Positions 49,848-60,595 of a stretch of DNA of 64,000 nt are shown in pieces; positions within the stretch are counted from its first letter, which is position 1; the number at the start of each line of letters is the position of its first letter. Both the position numbers and the translations under genes were made by a program. The DNA comes from Narcine bancroftii (Eukaryota), in contig NC_091477.1 in assembly GCF_036971445.1 (NCBI RefSeq), forward strand, positions 120,466,001 through 120,530,000, read 5' to 3'. The notes under the pieces are model-generated. The model was given only the letters and a program-made list of their open reading frames with translations. It had not been told where the DNA came from and did no database searches.

Positions 49848-52800
49848 GTTAGTTATTAGTCCACCTGTTCCTGCCTCAGCGATAAGCGAGATTACCCTAC
49901 GTTTTTCAAAACTATACCCAGCGACAAATACCAGTCTAGAATTCTCGCTGAATTGGTGAGAGTTTTCGGCTGGACTTGGATTGGAACGGTTCGAAGTAAC
50001 CGTGATTACGGTCATTTTGGAATGCAAGGATTTGTGGAACATGCAGAAAAGTTTGGAGTTTGCATTGCCTACTCCGAGTCATTTTACAGGACCGACCCAG
50101 CGGAGAAAATCAGCCACGCTGTCCGGGTGATTAAACAGGCGTCCAGGAATTGGAGCAAATGGAAGGTGGAGAAAACGCGTACCTTCCGGGGATAATGGAT
50201 GGCAGTTCTCACTACGAGCATAAAGCAGGCTATGCCATCGCGCATGCGCTCCACGACTTATTTGCCTGTGAAAACGGCATGGAGCATTTTATGAATGACA
50301 GGTGTGCAGATATTTCAAAGTTTGAGCAGGTGGCAGGTAGGACATTATGTACTTCTCTCCCTTGTTAACTAAACACACCGTTGACAATGCAGAGTTGCAT
50401 GTAAAAGTCCATGTATTCGAACCCATCGACGGTAAACGAGCAATTTATGTGATGATCAAACCTATTTTCCTTATATATGAAATCAAATAGTTAACCTATC
50501 GACCTGTAAAGAATGGGAAATGAAGCCGGTAATTTGCAGAGACAAAGATTATGTTTAGATTTCTTCGCTGACCACCTTCGCTCTGTTCGCATCAGTGAGA
50601 GGGATCTCCCAGTGGCCGACCACTTCAATTCCCCGCCCCACTCCCATACTCACATGTCTGTCCATGGCCTCTTGTACTGTCCCACCAAGACCACAACATT
50701 ATCTTTCCGACCGGATGACATTAACATCGACGTTTCAGATTTCTGCTGGACAACTTCTCTGTTCTCCCATCCTTCCCTTTCCCATTCCCTTCTTTCCTCC
50801 AGCTCTCCACCACCTTCCTTCTCCATTTCACAGAGCCATCCCCCCTCCTCCTGCTTGCTGGTGTCCGTGATCCACCTATTACTTCTTGCCTTTGGGACCG
50901 TGCCCCTCCCCCTCCTCTTTTGTTCAGGCGCCTGCCTACGTGATTTCATATCTTGGTGAAGGGCTCAAGCGGGAAATTATGATTATGTACCTTTATCTTT
51001 GCTCTGTAAAGTCCACCATTTGTCCTGCTTAACTCCTCCAACATTGTCTTCCTACTTCAACCACGGTGTCTGCATATTTTCATATTTGAGTTATGTTTAC
51101 ATCATCTGCAATTGTTATTGGTGGAAGGATGAATGTTGGCAAGGGGTATCAGGAGAACGTTGGTTCTTTCCATAAAATAGCTCCCTGTGTTGTTTATTTC
51201 TCCATTTTGTGGGCCCAATCTTACTAACTAGACATGAATTAAGGCAGTACACGTTCCTTTTTACATTGGGAAGCCGACCGAGTAATGAGTTCCAACCTCT
51301 ATAATGAGCTCAAATCTTGACTCTGACCCTTCAATAGCCTTTGTTCAGGGTCAGTAACCAGTAAAACGCGGCAAAAGGTTTTTCTCCTTGAGACACCTTC
51401 AAAGAGATGTAGATTGAGTGCCTCCTATACCTTTTGAGTTGGTAATTATCCTGCAGATCAATGATTAACGTATTCAGTGAAGTTGATTCTCTGTATTTCC
51501 GTCGACTCAATGCAAGGAGGGGCGAAAGTCTAATATTCCTTGATCTTTTCTTCCCCAGCTGCTCCACCACCTGTGCATAGTCAATTTCACAACCAAAACA
51601 GGAGAAATCGTATATTTTGATGCAAACGGCGATCCAGTGCCCAGATACGAATTGGTGAACTTACAAACGAATTCGGAGGGTACAGTTGACATTGTAAATA
51701 TTGGCTAATATGATGGGTCAGCTCTATCAGGACGCAAATTGGTGATGAATGTCAGTGACATCATCTAGAGCACGGATGCAAATAAGGTGTGGTCCTTTGA
51801 TCGTGCATTTCTATCTGCAAAGCAGGAAGATAGTTACGTCCTTGTCGTAGGATAGTATTATAGTTGTTGGGGTTATCAATGACCGGATGTTGTAATTTGA
51901 TGCAAGTTGAAGTGTATTCAGGCAAAAGAGTATTTTTCATTTTTTGAAGTGTAGAATAACGACATGTCTTCCCATATATTTAGTTTCATTTAAAATAAAA
52001 TATGCCACTTGAGAAGTGAATCAGAGAGTCTTTAATAGGAGGTAATAACGCGCACAGACGTGATAATTATGCAAACAAATGCTGGCACAGATGCTTGTAA
52101 TGGGAATTAGAGTGAAGATGCCTTGCTTTTAGAGCAAGTGGTCACAGTGACAAGATAAGAGGTCGATCATTCAAGTCTCTGTTGTGCACGCGTTTCTCCT
52201 CTGGAATTATCTGTACGGGACCAATGTGGAAATATATTTAATGTCGATCCTGGTGGATATTAGAAAGGTACAAAAATCAAAGATCCTGGGGAAATGGCTC
52301 AAAAATTGAGTAATACCGAACATATTTTACCCCAGATGATATTGAATATGGGGTAGATATATGAGCCCTAGTCGACAATATCGGAGCATATTTTCCATCA
52401 CTCTGTGACGCGAATACAGTGAGAATGTTTTCTTTTGCTCTAGATCCCACGAGCAATTTGTTCAGAACCCTGTCTTCCTGGAGCAAGGAAAGTGAGTCTG
52501 AAAGGGCAACCGATTTGTTGCTTTGACTGTGCAGAATGTGCCGATGGTGAGATCAGCAATATCACAGGTCAGTGTTGAAATATAGACGTGTTTCGATAAG
52601 TAAGCCTAAAGGCGAAAAACCTCCTTCACGCTTATCGCTCACTGTTCAGTAATGTGTCGTTGAATTCCCAAGTATTATTCTCACGAATGTTACCAGATTA
52701 AATGTTGGAAATTGTAATTTTTCAGATTCCACAGATTGCATGAAGTGTCCCTCGGAATACTGGTCAAATCAACAGAAAACCCGATGTGTTCGCAAGAAGG

Positions 52801-53633
52801 TTGAGTTTCTTTCCTTTGGAGAAGTTCTGGGGTTTGTGTTGGTGACGCTCGCTCTAGTGGGAGTCTGCTTCACCTTGGCCACCGCTGCTATTTTCTACCG
52901 TTACCGGGAAACTCCCATGGTGAAAGCGAACAACTCCGAGCTCAGCTTCCTCCTTCTCTTCGCTCTCATGCTTTGCTTCATTTGCTCGCTCAGCTTCATT
53001 GGGGAACCCTCCGACTGGTCTTGCAGGTTGCGTCGCACTGTTTTCGGAGTTGTTTTCGTTCTCTGCATTTCCTGCATTTTGGGCAAAACCATTCTAGTTG
53101 TGGTGGCCTTTAAAGCAACTCTTCCCAACAGGAGCGTGATGAACTGGTTTGGACCCGCTCAGCAACGGCTGGGCGTGTGTATCCTGACATTTCTGCAGGC
53201 TTTAGTTTGCGTTGTCTGGCTAAGTGTGTCACCTCCCCATCCCCTGAAAAACATGAGCTATTATCGAGACATCATTATTCTGGAATGCGACGTGGGGTCA
53301 TTAACGGCCTTTTACTTGGTGTCGGCCTCTATTGCTCTTTTATCCATTGCGTTTTTAGTTCTCGATTTCCTTTCCCGGAAACTTCCAGACAATTTCAATG
53401 ACGCCAAGTACATCACCTTCAGCATGTTGATCTTCTGCGCTGTTTGGATCACTTTTATCCCAGCCTATGTGAGCTCTCCAGGGAAGTGCACGATGGCCGT
53501 GGAAGCGTTTGCTATCTGGGCATCAAGCTTTGGTTTGCTGGTCTGTATTTATGCACCCAAATGTTACATTATTGTAGTGAAGCCGCAGAATATCACGAAG
53601 AAACACATGATGCGCAAGGCATCTTCACTCTAA
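49848..53633 (+). pseudogene. V2R/OlfC pseudogene D: exon 3 49848-50336, exon 4 51559-51786, exon 5 52444-52567, exon 6 52726-53633; exons 1-2 not found
   Basis: Paralogue of gene C. Stops TAG 49857, TAA 51706 and TAG 51766; ~345-bp deletion in exon 3; exons 5-6 remain open (297-aa 7TM ORF). Confidence 0.9.
50560..51080 (+). mobile_element. Penelope-like fragment in intron 3 of pseudogene D
   Basis: FADHLRSVRISERDLPVADHFNSPPHSHTHMSVHGLLYC. Confidence 0.8.
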
Positions 53634-53777
53634 TTCCCATTACAAGCATCTGTGCCAGCATTTGTTTGCATAATTATCACGTCTGTGCGCGTTATTACCT
53701 CCTATTAAAGACTCTCTGATTCACTTCTCAAGTGGCATATTTTATTTTAAATGAAACTAAATATATGGGAAGACATG
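51963..53777. repeat. Perfect 164-bp inverted repeat (51963-52126 / 53614-53777)
   Basis: Base-by-base reverse-complement match read from the sequence. Confidence 0.95.
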
Positions 53778-54464
53778 CCTGGTTGAATTATTGAGACCGA
53801 AAACATTGGCCAATCTTCTTCTCCCAGTGGTGCTATTCGATCAGCTGAGTTCCTCCAGTAGGTGGTTGACTTTCACTCAGGTTGGCAACTTGGTCGGAAT
53901 GCATTATTCGTGCCGTTGGGCATGTTTCTATACTCAATAACTGTGTGGTTCCATGTTTTACTCGGACGTTTGTTTCAGTCCTGAGAGCGTTGCGACTTCT
54001 CGCAGTTCCCCACATTCCGATTTTGTTTATGCTGTGTTATTTTTTCTCGAACTTTGATTATAGCTTATGCCATTTTCAGCCGGCTGGAGTGGTGAAGGAA
54101 TTATCTAAATTTGGCAACTTAGTGGCTCTCAAGTCTCAATCATTGTGCCTTGGAATTGACATCGAACCTCCTTATTCGTAATTGAACAAAACAGTGTTGA
54201 ATATTTTGCCGAATTGAATTAAAGATGATGCTTTACCCTATTAGCCCATTCAGATTCCATCAAGAAGGATCGTGAGAGATTATAGGAAATCAGCGTTACG
54301 CAGCAGTTAATAATCATGCGTCCTGGAATTTCAGCCACGTCTACAATCCTATAAACACAGACAATGCTGGTAAGTTATGTCCAATCTTCACCCTGCCATG
54401 CTATCCGTTTCCTTTGTCATTTAAATAGAAGAACGATGTTGTGCCGAACTATGTCAACATGCAT

Positions 54465-55085
54465 TAGTGATCATTTTTCAAACCTCCTTAGATACTGGAT
54501 TAGTTCCTGAGGATTGGAGGGTGGCCAACGTAACACGACTATTTAAGAAGGGAGGGAGAGAGAAACCGGGAAACTACAGACCAGTTAGCCTGACATCGGC
54601 CATAAGGAAGGTGCTAGAATCAGTTATTAAAGATTGTAGTGGTATCTCTGGACGGAGTCAGTATGGTTTTGTGAAGGGAAAATCATGTCTTACGAATCTA
54701 ATAGAGTTTTTTAAGGATGTAACCTTAAAAGTGGATAGGGGGTCGAAAATCAGTGAATGTGGTATATCTGGACTTTAGTAAGACACCTGATAAGATTGCG
54801 CACTGAAGACTAGCGAACAAACTTAAAAAGCATGGTATAGGAAGTATGGTATTAAGGTGGATAGAGAATTGATTGATGGACAGGAAGCAAAGAGTAGGTA
54901 TAAATGGGTTCTTTTCGGAATGACAGGTTGGATACCACACACAGGGCTCCGTGATGGGGCCACTGTTGTTTACAATATATATCAATGACTTAGATGTGGG
55001 AATAAATAGAAATATCTAAAAATTTGCAGATGACACGAAGTTGGGTAGAGGGGTTTGCTGTGTTGAGGACGCTAGGAGGGTGCAG
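54465..55085 (+). mobile_element. CR1 RT fragment
   Basis: VPEDWRVANVT.LFKKGGREKPGNYRPVSLTS..QYGFVKGKSCLTNLIEFF..KFADDTKLG. Confidence 0.9.
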
Positions 55086-55950
55086 AGTGGGAGTGGGAAA
55101 CTGGGGAGAGGGTCAGAGGGGAGGAAGGTGGAATGGTAGAGAGGGAGATGGGAGAGGAGGAGTCTGTGGAGCAATGTAGTGGGAGAGGTGGAGAGGAAGT
55201 GGAATTGAGGTGGTGAGTGGGAGATGGGAGGAGAAAGTGAGAAAAGGGGAGCAGGAGAAAAGGGAAGGGGAAAATGGGGGAGGGGAGGTGGGAATATTGG
55301 AGGAGGAGATGGGTGTGAGGAGAGAGGGAAGAGAGAAGAAGAAAGGGAGAGTGAGGGGAGAAAGGGAGAGAAGAGGAGAGAGTGGAAGTGAAAATTTTGG
55401 AGGGGGAGATGGGTGAAGAGAGAGTGAGAAGGGGTGAGGGAGAGATGGAGGGCAAGGGGAGAGAGGGAGAAAGGGAGAGAGTGGACGAAGTAAGGGTGGG
55501 GAGAAGGAATAAGGATGAGAAGGGGAGAGGGGAGGGAGTGAGAAAGATTGGGAATAGGGACAGAGGTGGAGAGTGGGAGAGTCTATAGAGTTCCCTCACT
55601 CTCTCCCTCACTCCCAGAGAACTCCCCCACTCCCTCCCACAGTTCCCCTTCTCCCTGCCCCTTACTCATTCGCTCCATCCCTCACTCCCATAGAGTTCCT
55701 CCCTCACATCTTCTTACTTGTTCCCTCACACACCCTTCATTTCCTGTCACCTTGCTCCCTCCATGACTCCCTCCTCAACCCACAGAGTTCCTTCACTCCC
55801 ACCATCACATCCTGCCTCCCTCACAGAGTTCGTCCATTCACTCGTTTACTCCCTCACTTAATCCTGCAGAATTCCCACTCTCTGTGGGGCCCTCCCTCCC
55901 TCCGTGTATTGCCTCCTCCCTCTGCAGGATCCCACTCCCCATGGAATGGC
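55075..55950. repeat. Polypurine then polypyrimidine low-complexity tract (similar tracts at 56960-57280, 57745-58640, 58860-59700)
   Basis: Seen directly; these tracts explain the many spurious ORFs here. Confidence 0.9.
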
Positions 55951-55956
55951 AGCTAC

Positions 55957-56134
55957 CTGGACAGGGCATCTGATCCACGTCAAGGAAGGATCTTCCCAGA
56001 AGTGCAGGGAGGAGTTGGGCAGCAGAGATAGGCATGTCGAAGGCACCAGCATGGACCGCTGACAGCATTGCCAACTCCACCTCTGCAGCCCTCCAAATGA
56101 GACGAGGGAACATGTCTTCATTCGCAATGAGGGC
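55957..56134 (-). CDS. Cobalamin-binder exon 6
   Basis: ALIANEDMFP..GAFDMPISAAQLLPALLGRSFLDVDQMPCP. Confidence 0.88.
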
Positions 56135-59100
56135 CTGGAGGAGAATGAGAGAGAATCTGGGACACTCCAATGAAGTCAACCCCCACTCCAGTCCTCAACA
56201 ATCACCTCCACTCCCCAAGAGCCTCCTCCAGTCTTCTTCCTCTTCCTGCTGTCCCCTGGACCCCTTCCTGTCTCTGCAGCTCCACTCTGCACCACTACAC
56301 CCCTTCCTATCTCTATCATTCCATCCTGTCCCCTTCACCTCAGCCTGTCTCTGTAACCACCACCGGTCCCCTACAGTCCTCCCAATATTTTTAATCCTGT
56401 CCAGTGTTGTACACCCCTCCCTGTCTCTGCAACCCATCCTAACTCTGTAACATCACTCCAATCCCCAACACCATTCTCTGTCTCTGTAACCACCTCAGGT
56501 CCACCACTCTCCTCCCCATTTCTGTGATGCCCTCTGGATGCCCATGCTCCTCCCTGCCTCTGTAACCCCTTCCAGTCCCCTACACTCCTCCCTGACTCTG
56601 TAACCCCTTCTGGTCCCTGACACACCTCCCTATTACTGTAATCCAGTTCAGTCAACGACACCCTACTGTCACTGTAACCCACTGTGGACCCCAATACCTC
56701 CTGAAATGGGATCTTCCTCCACTTACCTGCATAGCCAGTCCTGTGCTGTAGAGGTTTCCAATGGTTCCATTCTCCGTCCGTGCACAATATAATCCTGCGG
56801 TGAGTTTAATCAATGCAGTGCGGATCTGATCTAGGGGTTTGTACCCCTGATCCAGCAGACAGCGGGCAGCGAGGGCACTCACTGCCTTGGTATCTGGGGA
56901 GAGCAGTGCTTGTCTGGTAAGTCTGGAGGCCCAGTGCCTGTGGGGTGATGAGAGAGCCTGTCTACCCATCCAATCTCCCTCTCTCTGTCCCCCTCTATCT
57001 TTGTCTTAATTTCTTCCCATATCCCCTCTCAACCCCCTCTCTACCTCAATCCCTCCTCTCCCTCCCCACTTTTCCTCACCACACCTCTCCATTCCTATCT
57101 CCTCCTCTGCATTCCCACTTCCCCTCTTTCCCACCTTATTCTCCAATCTTCCCCACTTCCTCTCTCTCCCTCCCTCCCCCTCTCCCCATCCGTTTCCCTC
57201 TTCTCTCTCCCCTCTCCCCAACCTCCCTCCTCCCCTCCCCTCGACTCCCCTCCCCTCCCATCTCTCTCTCTGCTCCCACTTTAACCTGTAGCAGGCGGAG
57301 AGCTCGAGTATCACAACTGCTTTAATTTGAATCCTGCGCTGTAGCCACATCCGACTTTTGCGTCATGCGTCCTTCAGGTCTGGACTGGAAGAAACAATCC
57401 CGCGACGCTATCTTTGCCGTAGCTGCCCCGCTGACTGCGCTTGATAAGTGGGGCAGCTACAAACAAGAGCGTCACCTCAACCCCCCCCCCTTTCCTCCCA
57501 CCTTTCACCTCTTGTTAATTAATGCCCTCTCTCCACCCCACTCTGCCCTTGTTTCTCTCTCTCGCCCCCGTTTTTTCACCCGACCACCTAACTACTTACC
57601 CACTTTGAATATCAGGCTCTTGAGGACCGCCTCGCTGAATGTCTGCACGTGGATCTTTGAAATAGGAGCACGTGTTTCACACAGACCAAGGAACGCGAGG
57701 GCAACCTGGTAATAGGTGGTAACTGGGTGTCCATACCGAGCTGGTGGAAGATAGGAATGGGGAGAGGGATTGGGGAGGGAGAGAGGGAGGGAGAGAGAGT
57801 GGTGGGATGGGGAGAGAGGGGGAAGGAGAGATGGGGAAAGAGATGTGGAGAAAGGTGGAAAGAGTTTGAGAGAGGAAAGGGAAGAGAGAGAGAGGGGGGG
57901 AGAGAGTGGGGAAAAGCAGAGAGAGAGAGAGGGAGAATGGGATGTGGGGGAGTGAGTTAAAGAGAGGTGGGGAGGGGTGGCGAGAGTGGGGAAGAGGGCA
58001 AGAGAGGGGAAGAGGGGAAGAGAGGGGGAGTGAGAAGAGAGAGGGGACAGGAAGAGGCGGGAGAGAGGGGAAAGGGGAGTGAAGCAGGGAGGGAGTGGGA
58101 GAGAGATTGGGTCATGCTCTTTCTCCCTCCCTCTCATTCATCCCTCTTTCTCCTCTCTCTCTCTTACTTCCTACCCCTCTCTCTCCCTCCCTCCCATTCC
58201 CTCCCTCTCCTTTCATCCTTTCTCTCCCACCTCTCTCTCACCTCTGTCTCCATCCTACTCATTCACTCTCTCCCTCCCTCTTTCCCACTCTTTCTCTCCC
58301 ACCTCTCTCTCTCTCACACACTTCTGTTGCACTAGTCTCTCGCATTGCACTCTCCACCCTCTTTCTCACACCACTCTCTCACCTCTCTCACTCCTCTCTC
58401 ACTCCTCTCTCTCCTACCAACCCTCTCTTTCAACTTCTCTCTCCCCTCCTTTTCTCCCACCTCTCCCTTTCCCTGCTCTCTCCCTCCCCTCTCTATCTCC
58501 CACGTCTCTCCCTCCTCTCCCACTTCTCTCTCTTTCTCTCTCCTCTCCCACTTCTCACTCACTTTTCCCCCTCTCCCTTCCCTCTCTTCCTCTCAATATC
58601 TCTCTCTTTCTTTCTCTCTCCCCGCCCCCTTCTCCCCATCTCTCACCCACACTGGCCATTTCTTGCTCCAGTCTCTCCATCAGGATGGCAACCAGGTCTA
58701 TCGAGGGTCCATTCTTGGGATCAGGGATGTGGAATGGGCTGAGGCAGCAGGCCGAGATTGCCAGGACATAGAGTCCCACCATACCGCTGGTAAAATGGCC
58801 CGCTGTGGGAAAGGAAGCTGTGATAGGCTCTGTCCTTTGGCCCCCTCACTTTGAGCTTTTTCTGGACCCGGCTTCCCTCCCACCCACTTTCCTCCCCCTC
58901 TTTACCCGCTCTCCCTCCTTTACCCGCTCTCCCTCCTTTACCCTCCCCTCTCTCCAAATACCCTCCCACCTCTCCCTTTCTCCCTGCTCTCCAAATACCT
59001 TTGCCTCTCCCCAAATGCACCTTCCACTCACCTCTCCAAAAATACCCTCCTTTCTCTCCCCCTCCCTACCTGCTTCCCAAATACCCTCATTCCTCTCTCC

Positions 59101-59881
59101 TCCCCTTTCCCGATATACCTTCCCTCCTCTCACCTCCCTCCCTGCACCCAGACCCTCCCTCCCACCCCATTCTGCCCAAATATCCTCCCCTGCACCGTTT
59201 CCTAAAACCCTTCAACCCCCCCTCCCTCCCTTCTTTTATTCCCTGATCTCAAAATAGCCTCTCTCCTCCTCCCTCCCCTTTTCCCATATACCCTCCCTTC
59301 CCTTCTCTCTGAATTCATTCGAATCCCCTTCTACCCTCCAACCCTGCACCCCAAATACCTTCACTCCTCTCCTCCCTCCTCCCCAAATACTCACCGTTTC
59401 CCCTTCTCTAAATCCTTCCCATCCCTGCCTCCCTACCCCTTTTCCTCTCCTTCCCCGCTCCTCAAATACCTTCCCTCTTTTCCCCACCTTTCTTTCTGAA
59501 AACCCCTCCAATCCCTTCTCTCTTCCATATTTGCTTTCCAAGTCCAGTTCATCCCTCCTCCATGAAAATATCCCACCTTTTCCTTCATCCTCCAGTCCTC
59601 CTGTTCCCTCCTTACTCTCAGTCCATCCCCTTTCTCCCTGCCTCTTCTATGCCTTTACCTGCTCCCATTCTTTCCCTCCCTCCCTCCCCTCCCCCATCAA
59701 CACGACTGACCTTGTTGAACTGCCTGTTCCTGGAGTTGTTGGACAGCCTGCCACTCCCTTGAGGAGATAGGAGAGGAAGGGTGGGAGAGGCGAAGAGACA
59801 AAAGTGCACGGGGGTCAACGACAGAGTTGTCCAGTGAACGGGTCAGAACCTCTGCCAGGACACCCACCTCAGCCCTAGGGT
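55957..59881 (-). CDS. Transcobalamin / intrinsic factor / haptocorrin family cobalamin-binding protein, alpha-domain exons 2-6 (partial; TCN2-like by presumed synteny); join complement(59711-59881,58647-58802,57600-57740,56727-56893,55957-56134)
   Basis: Five GT-AG exons in frame (phases 1,1,1,1,0,1) with family motifs DPRALLSLRL, TSGMVGLYVLAISACC.SP, GHPVTTYYQVALAFLGLC, DTKAVSALAARC..GNLYSTGLAMQAL and GAFDMPISAAQLLPALLGRSFLDV. Confidence 0.88.
56727..56893 (-). CDS. Cobalamin-binder exon 5
   Basis: DTKAVSALAARC..NGTIGNLYSTGLAMQ|GTAAGT. Confidence 0.9.
57600..57740 (-). CDS. Cobalamin-binder exon 4
   Basis: RYGHPVTTYYQVALAFLGLC..FKV|GTAAGT. Confidence 0.9.
58647..58802 (-). CDS. Cobalamin-binder exon 3
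   Basis: GHFTSGMVGLYVLAISACCLSP..DLVAILMERLEQEM|GTGAGA. Confidence 0.88.
59711..59881 (-). CDS. Cobalamin-binder exon 2
   Basis: ..LTRSLDNSVVDPRALLSLRLS..QQLQEQAVQQ|GTCAGT; resembles the family NPS(I/V)LIALRL motif. Confidence 0.8.
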
Positions 59882-60595
59882 CTGGGAAGGAAGCATAATG
59901 GGAGTGAGGTGTAGACAGTTGCAGGGGAGCAGAAGAGAGAGTTATGGGGTGGTGGGGGGGTGTAGGGACCAGAGAGTTTACAGAGACAGGGAGGGTGTAA
60001 GGGACCAAAAAGGGATAGAGAGACAGGGGACCAGAGAGAGTTACAGGGAGTAATAGAGGACTGGAGGGTTTACAGAGACATGGAGGAGAATGGGGACAGT
60101 AGGGGAAGTGAGTGGAGGGGTTACAGAGACAGGGAAGGGTACAAGGGACCAAAGGGGGACAGGGAAGGAATTTACAGAGCGGGGTTTACAGAGACAAGGA
60201 GGAGTAGAGGGGACTGGAGAGCATGACAATGACAGGGAGGGGTGTGGTGGACCAGATAAGGTTGCAGACACTGGGAGGGGTGTGGAGGTCTGGAGGAGGG
60301 CTACAGTGAGAGGGAAGGGTGTTGGGGAACAAAGGGGGGGGTGGAATTCAGAGACAATGAGGGGTGTATGGGCCCAGAGTGGAATACAGAGACAANNNNN
60401 NNNNNNNNNNNNNNNNNNNNNNNNNNNNNNNNNNNNNNNNNNNNNNNNNNNNNNNNNNNNNNNNNNNNNNNNNNNNNNNNNNNNNNNNNNNNNNNNNNNN
60501 NNNNNNNNNNNNNNNNNNNNNNNNNNNNNNNNNNNNNNNNNNNNNNNNNNNNNNNNNNNNNNNNNNNNNNNNNNNNNNNNNNNNNNNNNNNNNNN

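Noticed and set aside
52740-53633. 297-aa 7TM ORF as a separate intact receptor gene
   Set aside because: Its upstream exons carry three stops and a large deletion, so it is treated as part of pseudogene D
55072-59770. Many Pro/Ser/Leu- or Gly/Glu/Arg-rich ORFs
   Set aside because: By-products of polypurine/polypyrimidine introns
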